From Eledone cirrhosa (taxonomy: Eukaryota), in the NCBI GenBank assembly GCA_964016885.1, contig OZ024754.1:4092001-4156000 (forward strand): a stretch of DNA of 64,000 bases. Direction: 5' to 3'. A program made the position numbers and the translations under genes. Positions 49,609 through 64,000 of this stretch are shown piece after piece (the first letter of the stretch is position 1; every line of letters starts with the position of its first letter). The notes under the pieces were generated by a model. The model was given only the letters and a program-made list of their open reading frames with translations. It had not been told where the DNA came from and made no database searches.

Positions 49609-50501
49609 GATATATATATATATACTATATGAATATAAGTTCATAAACGTTCATCAAAAATAGGAGGGAATGAGCTGAAATGTGAGTGTATACGGTCGCT
49701 TACCTAGGTGTGTCTGACAATATAGCAGGTTTTTTTTATTTCCTTTTTAAGAAAATTATACTGAACAAGAAAAAGAAGAAAGCAAGTGTGAGAAAGATCT
49801 GGAAGAGAAAAGGCTGGGGTCACAAGAGAGAGAGACAGAGATTGAAAGAAAGAAAGAAAGAAAGAACGGAAGAGAGAACATAACGGTGATGCAAGTAAAA
49901 TTACGTGTGCAATCATATTGACGCACTTAAGGAATATATACATTTTATTGTCTGTCCTTACAGGTTGATAATATCTTACTTGAGAAGATTAAATACAATA
50001 TGGTGCTCAGGCAGCACCACAGAGCCTAGAGTTATCTTGAATATCTATAAAAACCTCCCAAACTGGATTATACTACGATGTCAATGCTCCTAACTGCAAC
50101 CCGCAATAGACTAAAGCAAAGCTTCAATATGGAAAAGAATCCGCTCCTTTTATTTGTTAGCCACCATTTTTGTTATTGTTGTTTGTTCGCTTATTGTTTT
50201 AAACCACTATCCCCTACCATAATCTTTCTCCTTTAAGAGGCTTATTAACTTCTGAGTAGCTAAGATTAGTTGAGGAAGAAAGTAAATCGGTGAAACTGTG
50301 ACAGAGTGTATTGTACGCCATATTAAACCTCGCTGTGTTTGATATCTTTGTGGTATTATTATAATGAAAAGCCAAGTCAAGGAAACTTTAACTGGTTAAA
50401 GAAGTCTAGAGATGTATGTCGGGAGGGCTGTGTATTAGTTACATATGCTCACTCATATACACATACAAAATCTACCTCTTTCACACACATTATATATATG
50501 C

Positions 50502-50534
<33 letters not shown>

Positions 50535-50644
50535 TATGTATGTATATATATGTATATATATATATATGTATATATATGTATATATGTATGTATATATATG
50601 TATATATGTATGTATATATATGTATATATGTATGTATATATATG

Positions 50645-50676
<32 letters not shown>

Positions 50677-50884
50677 TATATGCATGCATATATATGTATA
50701 TGTATGTATATATATGTATATATACATCCATAAATGTATATATATATATATATACATGTATATATATATATATACATTCATACATACATACGTATATATA
50801 TACATATATATATACATTCATATATATATATATACATATATACATTCATATATATATATATATGTGTGTGTGTGTTTGTGTGTG

Positions 50885-50927
<43 letters not shown>

Positions 50928-52375
50928 GATGCTTACGAACGAAGATTCTTATATATTCATACAGAGAGAAGAGGGAGAAAGTGAAAGAAAGAAAGAGAGA
51001 AAACACACTGAAAATCCACGGAACGTTTCGAAAAGAAGCCATCTCAAGAGAGAGAATATTCTAAGACTTGGAATCCAATGTTGCTATAGAATACAATACA
51101 CATAGAAAGTGGATCGAGTAAAAAGGTAGTAAATCTGCATATTTAAACATCAACCAGCTATCTTTCTCCTGCTTTTCATTTAATACGCACTCTGAAGGTG
51201 AATAGAAAATAATAAGATAATTCATTTGTTCTTCTCCTGCTTATAAGAGTAGCAAATACTACGACAACAGCAACAACCACAAGAATAACAATATATAAAA
51301 ACAAACGTTAAGAGAAAGACGACATATTGAAGAGTGTTGGATTAAATTAGACGTAGTTCTCATGAAATAAGTACGATGTTTTCCCGGCAACGAACAGGAT
51401 GAAACCGAATGAAGTGCTTATATTTGTTTAAAGATTAAGAATTTACTAAGACAGATGTCGAATGACATGACTGATGGGTGCCGATATTTTACTAAGACAC
51501 CGAAAGTGTTTCGCTTTTAGATCGAATATGAATTCATATTTCCCGATTGCTTTTCGAAAGTTTAAATCCCTGTGTGAAACTTTGAGACAAGGTCTAGTTT
51601 CTTCTTCAGTGCACGGGATGATATCAAAGAAATCAATGTTGTGGTCTTCTAAATATTGATCTCAATTCACTCACTAAATATGGAGCTTAATTTTATAAAG
51701 TAAACCGCCGTTGATTAGATGGTTTTCTTGTTAGATATAACATTGGTTTGAGATTACCTCCATTCTACAATAAACCCAACGCCTACACTAGATCTTAGAC
51801 ATCATCCACATTACTTCAACCTTCCCTTCAGTAAACTTAACATCGACCCGCACTAATTACTAGTACGGGGATAGACAAAGTTTATCAAGCTGCAGCTGCC
51901 ATAACAAGCAGCTTCTGAATAATAATGCTTTCAGATTAAGGCAGGAGACCAACAATTTTGGGAAGGAAAAATCGATTAAATTGAACCATGTATATTACTG
52001 GTAACTTATTTCATCGACCCAGTAAATATACTTGGAGGATCGAAGAGGCAGAGCCCTCAAGCACGCCATCTAGCATATCTTGTCAGAAGAAACACACTCC
52101 AATTGATCCATCTAGAGATCTAAAAGAAACTAGCCGAGCTCATGTATATTCTCTATTCTTCTTGCTCGGGAACTCTTGCAATTTGGTTTTGCTCGTAAAA
52201 TCTGTTCAAATATTCTTTCCTAGTATTTAAGATCGTTATGCCGCTAAACTAAAAGATTATTTCATATTATATGTATTATATGTGAAACAGAAATTTATAA
52301 GCTACGTGTATGTCAATGTATATTTGCCTGCTTCTTGGGGCAATTTCTTTTTATTGGATCACTACCATGAATAAT

Positions 52376-52440
<65 letters not shown>

Positions 52441-52442
<2 letters not shown>

Positions 52443-52525
52443 CGAAGGTGGTAAGTGTGGTAAGGAACCAGGTGGACCATAACGAAACGCTCGGAGATCA
52501 GGCGTCGGGTCCTGACTCTTTTCCT
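52441..52525 (-). mobile_element. Family-A element, short inverted variant
   Basis: Reverse complement of the 3' tail joined directly to forward CGAAAC...ttcct. Confidence 0.75.
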
Positions 52526-52639
52526 ATATATATATATATATATAAACTTATAAAATATTCACACATAGACATGTTATATGTATATATATTCGTATATGTA
52601 CATATGTACGTATATGTACATAAATACACGAGTGGGGTT

Positions 52640-52771
52640 ATTATTTAACCCGTAAATGGAGCCCTAACAGGTAGTATTACTCCGGGCAGAGCAGATCTGG
52701 GAATGATAACAACTAAGGGGTAACTCCACATTCTCCACACCTTCTGGATGCAGTTTAATGTCATACCCAGG

Positions 52772-52775
<4 letters not shown>
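52640..52775. mobile_element. Fragment of an abundant interspersed repeat
   Basis: ccctaacaggtagtattactccgggcagagcagatctgggaatgataac...gtcatacccaggacac resembles a common octopus repeat recalled from memory, not searched. Confidence 0.5.
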
Positions 52776-52865
<90 letters not shown>

Positions 52866-52885
52866 CCAGTATATATATATATATA

Positions 52886-53043
52886 TACTTCCTTTCCCCG
52901 TTTCCCTCTGACACTTTGGACGAGAACAAAACGATAACAGCAGTGACCATTCCTAAGTATAATACCGCCATTTGTATCGGGGCTGTAGAGGTTTCCTCTA
53001 TTGCAGCCGTTGCTAATACATATGATGATGTGGATGATAATGA

Positions 53044-53122
<79 letters not shown>

Positions 53123-53196
53123 GGTACTATTTAAGACTAGTAACATTGTTATTCAACGTTGCCTTCTCTCTCACCCTGTCTTTGTGTATATGTGTA

Positions 53197-53250
<54 letters not shown>

Positions 53251-53864
53251 AACGAGTAGGACCCCGACGACTGAGCTCAAGCCGTTTCGAAGGCTAATTC
53301 TGGACTAAATTAGCCGTCGAAACGGCTTGAGCTCAGCCGTCGAGGTCCTACTCGTTCATATTACCCACTCTACTACCCTAAGTATTGAGTACTTTGGTGC
53401 GTTATGGTCCACCTGGTTCCTTACCACATTTCCTTCGTTATATATATATATATATATATATATACCTAGATAACGCTACATATATACGGTATATGTGTTG
53501 ATGGGATAATGTTTGTGCAAGTCAAATTAATTATGATTTGAATGGAATACCGTGTAATTTTTTATGAAATGTTATGGCCTGCTAAAAACACAGTCTTATC
53601 ACAATTATAATCATCAACATCATTAACATCAACATCATCATTGTCATCAACATCACCATTCTTATTCTAAGAATCATAATCATCACCATCGTCAACATCA
53701 ACATATTCATTATCATCCACATCATCATATGTATTAGCAACGGCTGCAATAGAGGAAACCTCTACAGCCCCGATACAAATGGCGGTATTATACTTAGGAA
53801 TGGTCACTGCTGTTATCGTTTTGTTCTCGTCCAAAGTGTCAGAGGGAAACGGGGAAAGGAAGTA
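52886..53864. repeat. 162-bp inverted duplication; left copy embedded in (TA)n
   Basis: 52886-53047 is the reverse complement of 53703-53864. Confidence 0.95.
53249..53439 (+). mobile_element. Family-A fold-back element with HHR 3' half
   Basis: Near-perfect palindrome. CGAA-ACGGCT-tgagctc-AGCCGT-C gives a 6-bp stem III and a GTC site at 53339-53341. Confidence 0.9.
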
Positions 53865-53906
53865 AGACAATAATCAGAGAGAAATGGAGAGATATAGATG
53901 AAATTG

Positions 53907-53966
<60 letters not shown>

Positions 53967-54054
53967 AAGATGTGTATAGAGATATCTAAGGTAGAGGAAA
54001 GATGCCGGAAAAGTTGCCTGAGCTTAAATCTCTCTCTCTCTGTGGATAAATATG

Positions 54055-54113
<59 letters not shown>

Positions 54114-54489
54114 ATAATGTATATGTTTACGTATATGTATAGGTTTGTGTTTGTGAGTGTGCGTACGTACATATATACATATATATATATATATATAAAT
54201 GTATACATAAATATATAATAAAAGTAACTAGTGTATTGAATAATAGTGGAAAATACATGAAACCAAACAAAGCAAGCAGGGGTGGGGAAAAAAGTAAGTA
54301 CGAAAAGAAGCATTAAAAAAAATCAGGAATACATTAAATCACGGGAAAATGGAAACAAACCACAAACCAAAAATATCTTATATTTGATTCAGATCAAGAG
54401 CTTATCTATCCTGGCGTACCCACCGGACAGATTAGCGCTGTAAGAGGAGCACATATTAGATTTGGGTGTAATTTCGTATTTAACATGAA

Positions 54490-54547
<58 letters not shown>

Positions 54548-54586
54548 GTAATAATAATAATAATAATGATAATAATAATAATAATA
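54490..54586. repeat. (AAT)n microsatellite
   Basis: Direct inspection. Another lies at ~34600-34652. Confidence 0.95.
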
Positions 54587-55059
54587 CTTTCATAATAATG
54601 GTTTCTTAATAATGATAATAAAATAAGTGATAAAATAAATGATAAAATAAATAATAAAATCAAATAGAAAACGAAACAAAACACAGAGAGAAACACAGTA
54701 CAAAATGTATTAACAACAACACCAATAACAACACTAACACCAAGAACTGTGTAAATGAAAAAAAAAAACGATATGACAAACAAACATCGGCTAACTTAGA
54801 AAAAACAAAAACAACAACAGCAGTAACGAGCAGGTATGTTTGCCTTGTTATCTAAAGAAGCTGATAGCAGGAAAAAGAATCCTATAAAAATTATGATAGG
54901 ATTAATGGTTTTTGTGGCAGATTAACGATGGCATAGCACATACAATACACAAACATACACATATATATATGTATATATATATATATCTGTGTGTGTGTGA
55001 CTAATTTATGTAAATATATAGATACATACATAGATATATGTATGTAAGGATATGCAAAC

Positions 55060-56545
<1,486 letters not shown>

Positions 56546-56906
56546 GTATTGATCCTCTTAGTGATCTTCATAGAAATAGAGAGACCTACAATGTTTAGAT
56601 GTAATACTAAGTGTAGGAGGTAGAGAGGTAGTGTATGAGGTAGAGAGGTAGAGTAGGAGGTAGAGAGGTAGTGTAGAAATGTAGTTCCTCCCCTCACTCT
56701 ACTAATGACTCTTACCGAAAGATTTGTGTTTACTTCCTTAATGTTTCATCTGACGAAATCATAGAGAAAGAAACAGATAAGACATTGTTACCCGTAATTA
56801 AGGAAATCTATATATAGTTATACATATAGGAAGCTACTAAATTGAAATTTCCATGGCACAGCCACTTTTCCCCAAAAACATATATTTCCTCTCCCTATAT
56901 ATATAT

Positions 56907-56943
<37 letters not shown>

Positions 56944-57114
56944 GATAAGAGGGTGTTAAAGTTTGCTTGAAGCATTGTGAAATATGTAAAATACGTAGTT
57001 TTCTTTTTTTTTTTTTTTTTTTTCGTTTCTCTCAATTTTCACTTTTCTCCTATTTCTCACTCATTTCCTACCTCGAGATTTCCCATCTGCATTGTTGTGG
57101 CTTTCTAAACTACG

Positions 57115-57194
<80 letters not shown>

Positions 57195-57197
<3 letters not shown>

Positions 57198-57570
57198 AAT
57201 TGTTTCAACTTTAGGCACAAGGCCATCCATCAACCAGTACATTACTGGTACTTAATGTTATCGACCCCGTTAGGATGAAAGGCAAAGTTAACCTCAGCGG
57301 GATTTGAACTCAGACTGTAATAATTGTTTCTACTTTTGACACAAGGCCAGCAACATACCCAGTACATTACTGGTACTTTATTTTATCGACCTCGTAAGGA
57401 TGAAAGGCAAAGATAACCTCGGCGGGATTTGAACTCAGACTGTAATAATTGTTTCTATTTTAGGCACAAGGCCAGCAACATACCCAGTACATTACTGGTA
57501 CTTTATTTTATCGACCTCGTAAGGATGAAAGGCAAAGATAACCTCGGCGGGATTTGAACTCGGACTGTAA
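57195..57570 (-). mobile_element. Tandem trimer of a ~125-bp SINE 3' portion
   Basis: aataattgtttc...gatttgaactcagactgt occurs three times, flanked by (AAT)n. Confidence 0.92.
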
Positions 57571-57791
57571 TAATAATAATAATAATAATAATAATTATGA
57601 ATATATATTTGCTCTTTTTGCTCTTCTTATATATCTATGTTCTATACATAGAGCACTCTTTTGTCCTTTGCTTTTTCTTCGGAATTACCTAACACACCCG
57701 CACGCACACGCACGCGCACGCACACACACACACGCGCGCACACACGCACACACACGCGCGCACACACGCACACACACACACACACACACAC

Positions 57792-57839
<48 letters not shown>

Positions 57840-58034
57840 AATGAGTGAAAAAAAACATGGATAGGCTGTGCAATAGGGTTTATTCAAAGTATTAATAAAT
57901 GTTTCATTAATCTGATGTTTTAAAAAACCGCTGTTCGTAAAATGCTACGTCACTCGATTTCAATTACAATTGATACCCTGACGAAATATTCAGAATAATG
58001 ATTTTTCTATATGATAAAGTGCCATATGCTTTCT

Positions 58035-58370
58035 TCTTTCTTTTCGGCACACATCAATCACGAATGACCATGGCTTTGCAACTAGAAAGTTCCTCTCCGA
58101 AGCACAAGCCTGGGCAATCTGTGTTTGTTGAAGACCAGCAAGCAGTAACCCATGAATCCCAGTCTCCCCTTCCCAGAACACCGATTTTATTCAAAGGAAA
58201 GGCAATGGCCGATACAGCTTGTCACCTGTGATATCGCAACTCACTTCTACAACTGAGTAAACTGGATCCAGTTGAAATAAAGTGTTTTCCTCAAGAAAAC
58301 AACACATCGCTGCCCGGTCCTGAATTCGAAATGACAACCTTACAGTTGTGAGCTCAACGTTTTAGCCACT
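58035..58370 (-). mobile_element. tRNA-derived SINE (CORE-like domain)
   Basis: Reverse-complement homolog of 36008-36323. Confidence 0.8.
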
Positions 58371-58481
58371 TATTTATATATCTATGTATGTAACAAACAT
58401 ACTATTGACCCTGCTGCTAAATACATATATAACTGTCATTCAAAGAAGTATGTGTGTTTATGCCTGTGGGTGTGGGTGTAT

Positions 58482-58605
58482 GTATATGGTTATGTGTGTT
58501 TGTGTATATATTTCTGTGTAAGTATATGGTTATGTGTGCTTGTGTATATATTTCTGTGTAAGTATATGGTTATGTGTGTTTGTGTATATATTTCTGTGTA
58601 AGTAT
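58482..58605. repeat. 40-bp minisatellite, three copies
   Basis: Unit gtatatggttatgtgtgtttgtgtatatatttctgtgtaa. Confidence 0.95.
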
Positions 58606-58776
58606 ATACATAGGATGACGCTGATTGGAATATGATTGGAGACGTCTTGCATTTATGCACTTTCCAAAGTATATCTTCACATAAATATTCAAACATAAAT
58701 GCAAAACTGCCTGCAACTTTACGTACTTATACACACACATACAGAAACACCTCTCTCTCTCTCTCTCTCTCTCTCG

Positions 58777-58831
<55 letters not shown>

Positions 58832-58833
<2 letters not shown>

Positions 58834-58933
58834 AGCTATCTCCACAAAATATATACACATTTCAACACCATTCTAATAGATATTGCCCCTGTACAGGTAA
58901 TCAAACTGTGTATATATTTATTTTGGACACCCT
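58832..58933. mobile_element. Tc1/mariner-type MITE, degenerate
   Basis: Ends ...ttttggacaccc|ta, with an interior like 2100-2197. Confidence 0.6.
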
Positions 58934-58934
58934 A

Positions 58935-58995
<61 letters not shown>

Positions 58996-59223
58996 AGTTC
59001 ATGCTTCGATTAACTCGGAGAGTATATAATGTCTATATAACATAATAATAGGAGCCAATATTGATTTATATATTTTTTCTTTATCTTGAACAGCTGTAAA
59101 AAATTTTATGCGTTAATAGATTTCTACATAAGCAAATTATTTTCCGCATATGACTATGTATCCTGGTATAATACTCAGAACACCCCACACATACACACTT
59201 ATATATGTACGTGTATTTATTCA

Positions 59224-59297
<74 letters not shown>

Positions 59298-59301
59298 CGT
59301 G

Positions 59302-59341
<40 letters not shown>

Positions 59342-59345
59342 CGTG

Positions 59346-59377
<32 letters not shown>

Positions 59378-59404
59378 CGTGTTTATTTATACATATATAT
59401 ATAC

Positions 59405-59499
<95 letters not shown>

Positions 59500-59877
59500 A
59501 AGAGAGAGAGAGAGAGAGACATACAGACATACAGATAGACAGATAAGTATGTGTGTAAGGAAATATAGTAATATGCGGAAAATAGTTTGCTTATAGAGAA
59601 AACTATTAGAATGTACAAATATATGTGTATATGAATATGTATATATTGCTCATAACGGTTAAATACATCTATCAACTTATCTAGAACCTAATATCAAAAG
59701 ACATATAACATAAACTAATATTTCACACATGCTTTGACACAATAAAGAAATACATTCCGATCGACATCTCGAATCTTTCAAAACACGCCCTATGAGAATA
59801 ATATTGTTAATATCTACTATTGATAAAGAAATATCGGTAATAACTAATATATCTCTGTATCTATAGATATATATAAA

Positions 59878-59922
<45 letters not shown>

Positions 59923-60036
59923 GTGTGCGCGTGATAAGAAATTCTCAGGAGAGATGGACAGCTGAAGATCTTCAAAGAAAAAACCCTACTCAAGCGAGTG
60001 TTTCGGCCCATAACTTCTTACACTGAGTCTTTCTTA

Positions 60037-60117
<81 letters not shown>

Positions 60118-61809
60118 TATATAGAGAGAGAGAGAGTGAAAGAGAGAGAGAGCTGTTAGTTACTATATCTAAATATCTAAATATATATATATTTATATAT
60201 ATTTATTAGTATATATGTATTTATATATACATATATATTTATGTTGATATATATATATACTGGAATATGTAATGTAATACACGTGCGTTTGTTTTGTTTT
60301 TTTGATATGTGAAGTTGTTTCGTGGATTCAGGTGATCGTGGGCCCGAGAAGAAACCTAATGGAATGAGGCCGCTAAATTGTCAGCTTAGTGTACATGACA
60401 GGTACTTTATTTCATGGACCACGGAAGGAATACACTTCTAGATACATCTCATTAACGTATTGAATGCTCACTTGAGTGAATAACGAAAAGATTATCATCG
60501 AATCTGCCGCAGGATCCATCGTGACTATACTAATTTATCAAGATTTTCACACCTCGTAGCAAGGTAGCATTTCAAGGATATTTTGGCGGGTCTGTTAACC
60601 ACATATATAATACATTCCATAATTTATATATCATAGATTTTCGCTATGGTCTCTATGAACGATTATATAAGCATTATTTCCATCAAGTCTTAAGGACCTT
60701 CATACGATATCTAATGAAACAGAACTGTTTGCTAAAGCCAGTATAACATTTATATAAGCTACATTAACAGGAGGTGATAATAAGTGTAGTTTGGGGCAAT
60801 CGGTTAGAGATTTGCTTGGAAAGTGATAGATTGGTGATTCGAGTTCTGAGTAGTAGTAGTAGTAGTGATAGTAGAAGAAGAAAAAGAAGAAATCGTAGAC
60901 ATGTATTTATTATGAGTCCCAGTAGAGAAGCATGACATTACTACTCAACTAATACTTATTGTTTATAATTCAATTCCAAAAATGATTATGGCATTGAATT
61001 GTCAATGTGTTTAGAGATTGAGATTAAATTACAGGAGTTCTTTCGGCTCTCTACCCTCTAATTTGAAATCCCTCAGATTTTAACTTTGCCTTTCATCCTT
61101 CCAGGCTCAGGGCAAAAATATTTGTCAGGGAGAGGTGAAATGGCAGCTAATTTTAACGAATTAGACGGAGACCTTTGCTGTACTGATTCTCTCTATGTGT
61201 CACCTGTGTTCATATCCCGGCTCTTGTCACCAGAAAATCGGTGATATTTCTGCCAGAAGATATCATTAATAATGGAATGGCTACTGGAAACAATATATCA
61301 TTAATCTCATCTGATGGTAGGGGCATTTTTATTGATATTCATGATATCGAAAATTTAAGAGGGGGAATTACTATTTGGTCCACAGAAATAAATAGAACAG
61401 ACTTCGAAAAAAAAACACAGCTACAGCATTGTTCAACATGGTCACCACCCAAACTGCAGTTGGTTTAATGATTTCTACTTTAGTTACCAATCCGAAACCT
61501 TTACGTGGAGGAGGATAGTCACTATTATTGAGTCTTATAACCTATTTTACCGGCTACAGGTCACCGCCAGTTGCTTATAGATGACCTCAGTCGGATTTGA
61601 ACGCAGTATCTAAAATGCAAGAAGGAATACCATGAAACATGCTATACTTGCTAAGGGTAAAATATATTTTCAAACCTATCTATTAGATTTGTTTAACCCC
61701 GAAAAGAGAAAATATATTCTCAACGCCGTCAGGAACAAAGATTAAACTGCCTGGTCATTTTCTTAGAGAAAATGAAGTAATGCTAAATATTTATATATTA
61801 AGGCACGTA

Positions 61810-61950
61810 TGTCACGAAAACACGTGGATTCGGGTTAGTTTTCATTAAGTGGAACCTTGAAGAAATTTTTTCTCTTATAGCCCCAGGTCGACCAGTCGAC
61901 CAGTAAGTTGTCCGTTAAATTTGGGAGAAACTGCTCGGAATTCTGTCGTA
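61810..61950 (+). mobile_element. Old SINE fragment; tail piece near 62410-62460
   Basis: tatagccccaggtcgacc...tgtcgtatata and gtgctccggcatggccgtag resemble an octopus SINE recalled from memory. Confidence 0.5.
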
Positions 61951-62134
61951 TATATACGTACATACACATACACACAGGCTGTCACACATACACGGGCAGT
62001 CACACACAGATATATTTTCATATATATATATACATATACATACATATATTCATACATATATACACACACACACACACACAAACGCACATATACACAGATA
62101 CACACACACACACATAGACACAGATATATATATA

Positions 62135-62204
62135 GTGTAGGTCCTGGCAGAGATTGAACCTAACACCAGGATCTCCACCGTCTCTCATATCTTCCACTAG
62201 GCCA

Positions 62205-62207
<3 letters not shown>
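62135..62207 (-). mobile_element. tRNA-like unit inserted in (TA)n
   Basis: Minus strand TGGCCTAGTGG (A box)...GGTTCAATC (B box), homologous to the arms at 17748-18051. Confidence 0.7.
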
Positions 62208-62251
<44 letters not shown>

Positions 62252-63099
62252 CGTGTGTGTGTGTGTGTGTGTTTGTGTGTATGCCTATGTTCGTGTGTCC
62301 ATGTGTGAGTATATTTGTGTGATTTACTGTGTATTCATGTCTCGATATCCAGTCATACGGCCAGGTCCAGACTTTAGCCGAAAACAAATCGTAAATATTC
62401 TAATCAAGAAGGTGCTCCGGCATGGCCGTAGTGTCATGACTGACTGCAATACAAGAAACGAACGAATAATAAAATAATACAGGAAGAAAAGCAAATAAGA
62501 TTAATACCGCCTAGAAATTCTCTAAGTTGTTCTTCAAATTCTACCAATACCACCACCCTGCTGCAATACAATACAAAACAAGAATACAAAAACAGGCAAA
62601 CACCAATAGAAGCAGGGCAGATATTGTACCAATAACCACAGAACGAAGGTGGAGCCATCAATAATATATTCACCAATACCAACACTACTGTTATATGTTT
62701 GATCTTCGCTAGTTTGTCTGTGTGTCTGTTTCGCCATCTTTGTGGTGATGAACGCCATGAATAAACATGCTAGTGGTGAATTAATAGTGACTTGCGTACA
62801 TAATGTATGAACAGCTTGTTGTTTAACCCTTGGAATATATAAGGCATGTTTAACTAACACACTACACTATACACTATACACTATATACAGACAGAATGTT
62901 AAGAAAGTCAGTAAGCTGTCAGCTGCACACAGACTTTCCAAACACTAAGTATGTGAATGATGTATAGGGCGTGTGAGTGTATATATATATATATGCATAT
63001 GTACATATATTTATTTATGAATGTATGAATATGGGTGTGTGAATATATGCATGTATATATATATATGCATGTATATATATATATATGCATGTATATATT

Positions 63100-63135
<36 letters not shown>

Positions 63136-63150
63136 TATATATATATATAT

Positions 63151-63286
63151 GCAGATTCCTGATGATTTCTCAAGAATGAAACAGTTCTAGTCCTGTAGAA
63201 TCTCATCTATATTACAACTTTATACTCTGCTATGTATTGAGTACCTTACTTACTGTGATTACCCCGATCCCACCGGGAACAACTTA

Positions 63287-63290
<4 letters not shown>
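63151..63290 (+). ncRNA. TA-inserted element with a canonical hammerhead core
   Basis: CTGATGA(63159-65)-tTTCtcaaGAAt-GAAAC(63178-82)-agttcta-GTC(63190-92). Flanks tgcag/ctgta and agattc/gaatct can pair. Confidence 0.65.
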
Positions 63291-63343
<53 letters not shown>

Positions 63344-63415
63344 GTGCGTGTGTATATATATATAAATATATATATATGTATATACATACATACATGCATA
63401 TGTATGTATATATGT

Positions 63416-63461
<46 letters not shown>

Positions 63462-63711
63462 AGAGGGAGGGGGAGAGTGAGAGAGTTATATATACAGGTA
63501 TATATATGTATATATATATATGTGAGAGTGTGTGTGTGTGAGAGTGTGTGTACCTGTGATAGGGTTGTGTACTACAAAGTCTCTGTTACATATATGCATT
63601 CATCAATAAAACTATATGTAGAGGTTATAATGTTTAGGCTGAAGATGAAAAATTATAAATGCAAACATAACCACAATACCCGCAGAGGTTTAACTTATAA
63701 GTGTGTGTAGA

Positions 63712-63748
<37 letters not shown>

Positions 63749-63839
63749 TTCGCTCAATATATATGTAAATATATATATATATATACACCTCGGTTATTTT
63801 TCATTTTGTAAAAAAACCTCACTTTCAAATATATATATA

Positions 63840-63912
<73 letters not shown>

Positions 63913-64000
63913 TATTTCTGTATCTATTCCATGAGAGTATATACATTTCCGATGTATATAGTCTACATGTGGCCCCGGCATAAATGTGTAAATGAATAAT

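Noticed and set aside
57195-57570. CRISPR-like regular repeats
   Set aside because: No unique spacers or cas genes. These are SINE tandem copies in eukaryotic DNA.
62135-62207. Functional tRNA gene
   Set aside because: A and B boxes are present but there is no convincing acceptor stem or cloverleaf.
62434-62860. Overlapping minus-strand ORFs with AAGATGGCG
   Set aside because: No recognisable domain or supported splice structure.

Overview
A very AT-rich eukaryotic non-coding window, saturated with (TA)n/(CA)n/(GA)n microsatellites. The SINE families resemble those I recall from Octopus, so a cephalopod source is likely (inference, not searched). No intact protein-coding gene is supported, and almost all ORF-track entries are microsatellite translations. 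Recognisable relics are an RTE-type LINE endonuclease pseudogene, a 5'-inverted RTE 3' end, a deleted mariner, Tc1/mariner MITEs, many tRNA-derived SINEs and a probable Penelope-like (PLE) ORF remnant. There is also a 2.3-kb near-identical inverted duplication. The most interesting signal is a set of short elements inserted in or beside (TA)n arrays. They carry hammerhead-ribozyme (HHR) motifs and are repeatedly folded back into long palindromes centred on the ribozyme, with arms that co-vary within each copy. The (TA)n arrays also repeatedly capture inverted copies of neighbouring DNA.
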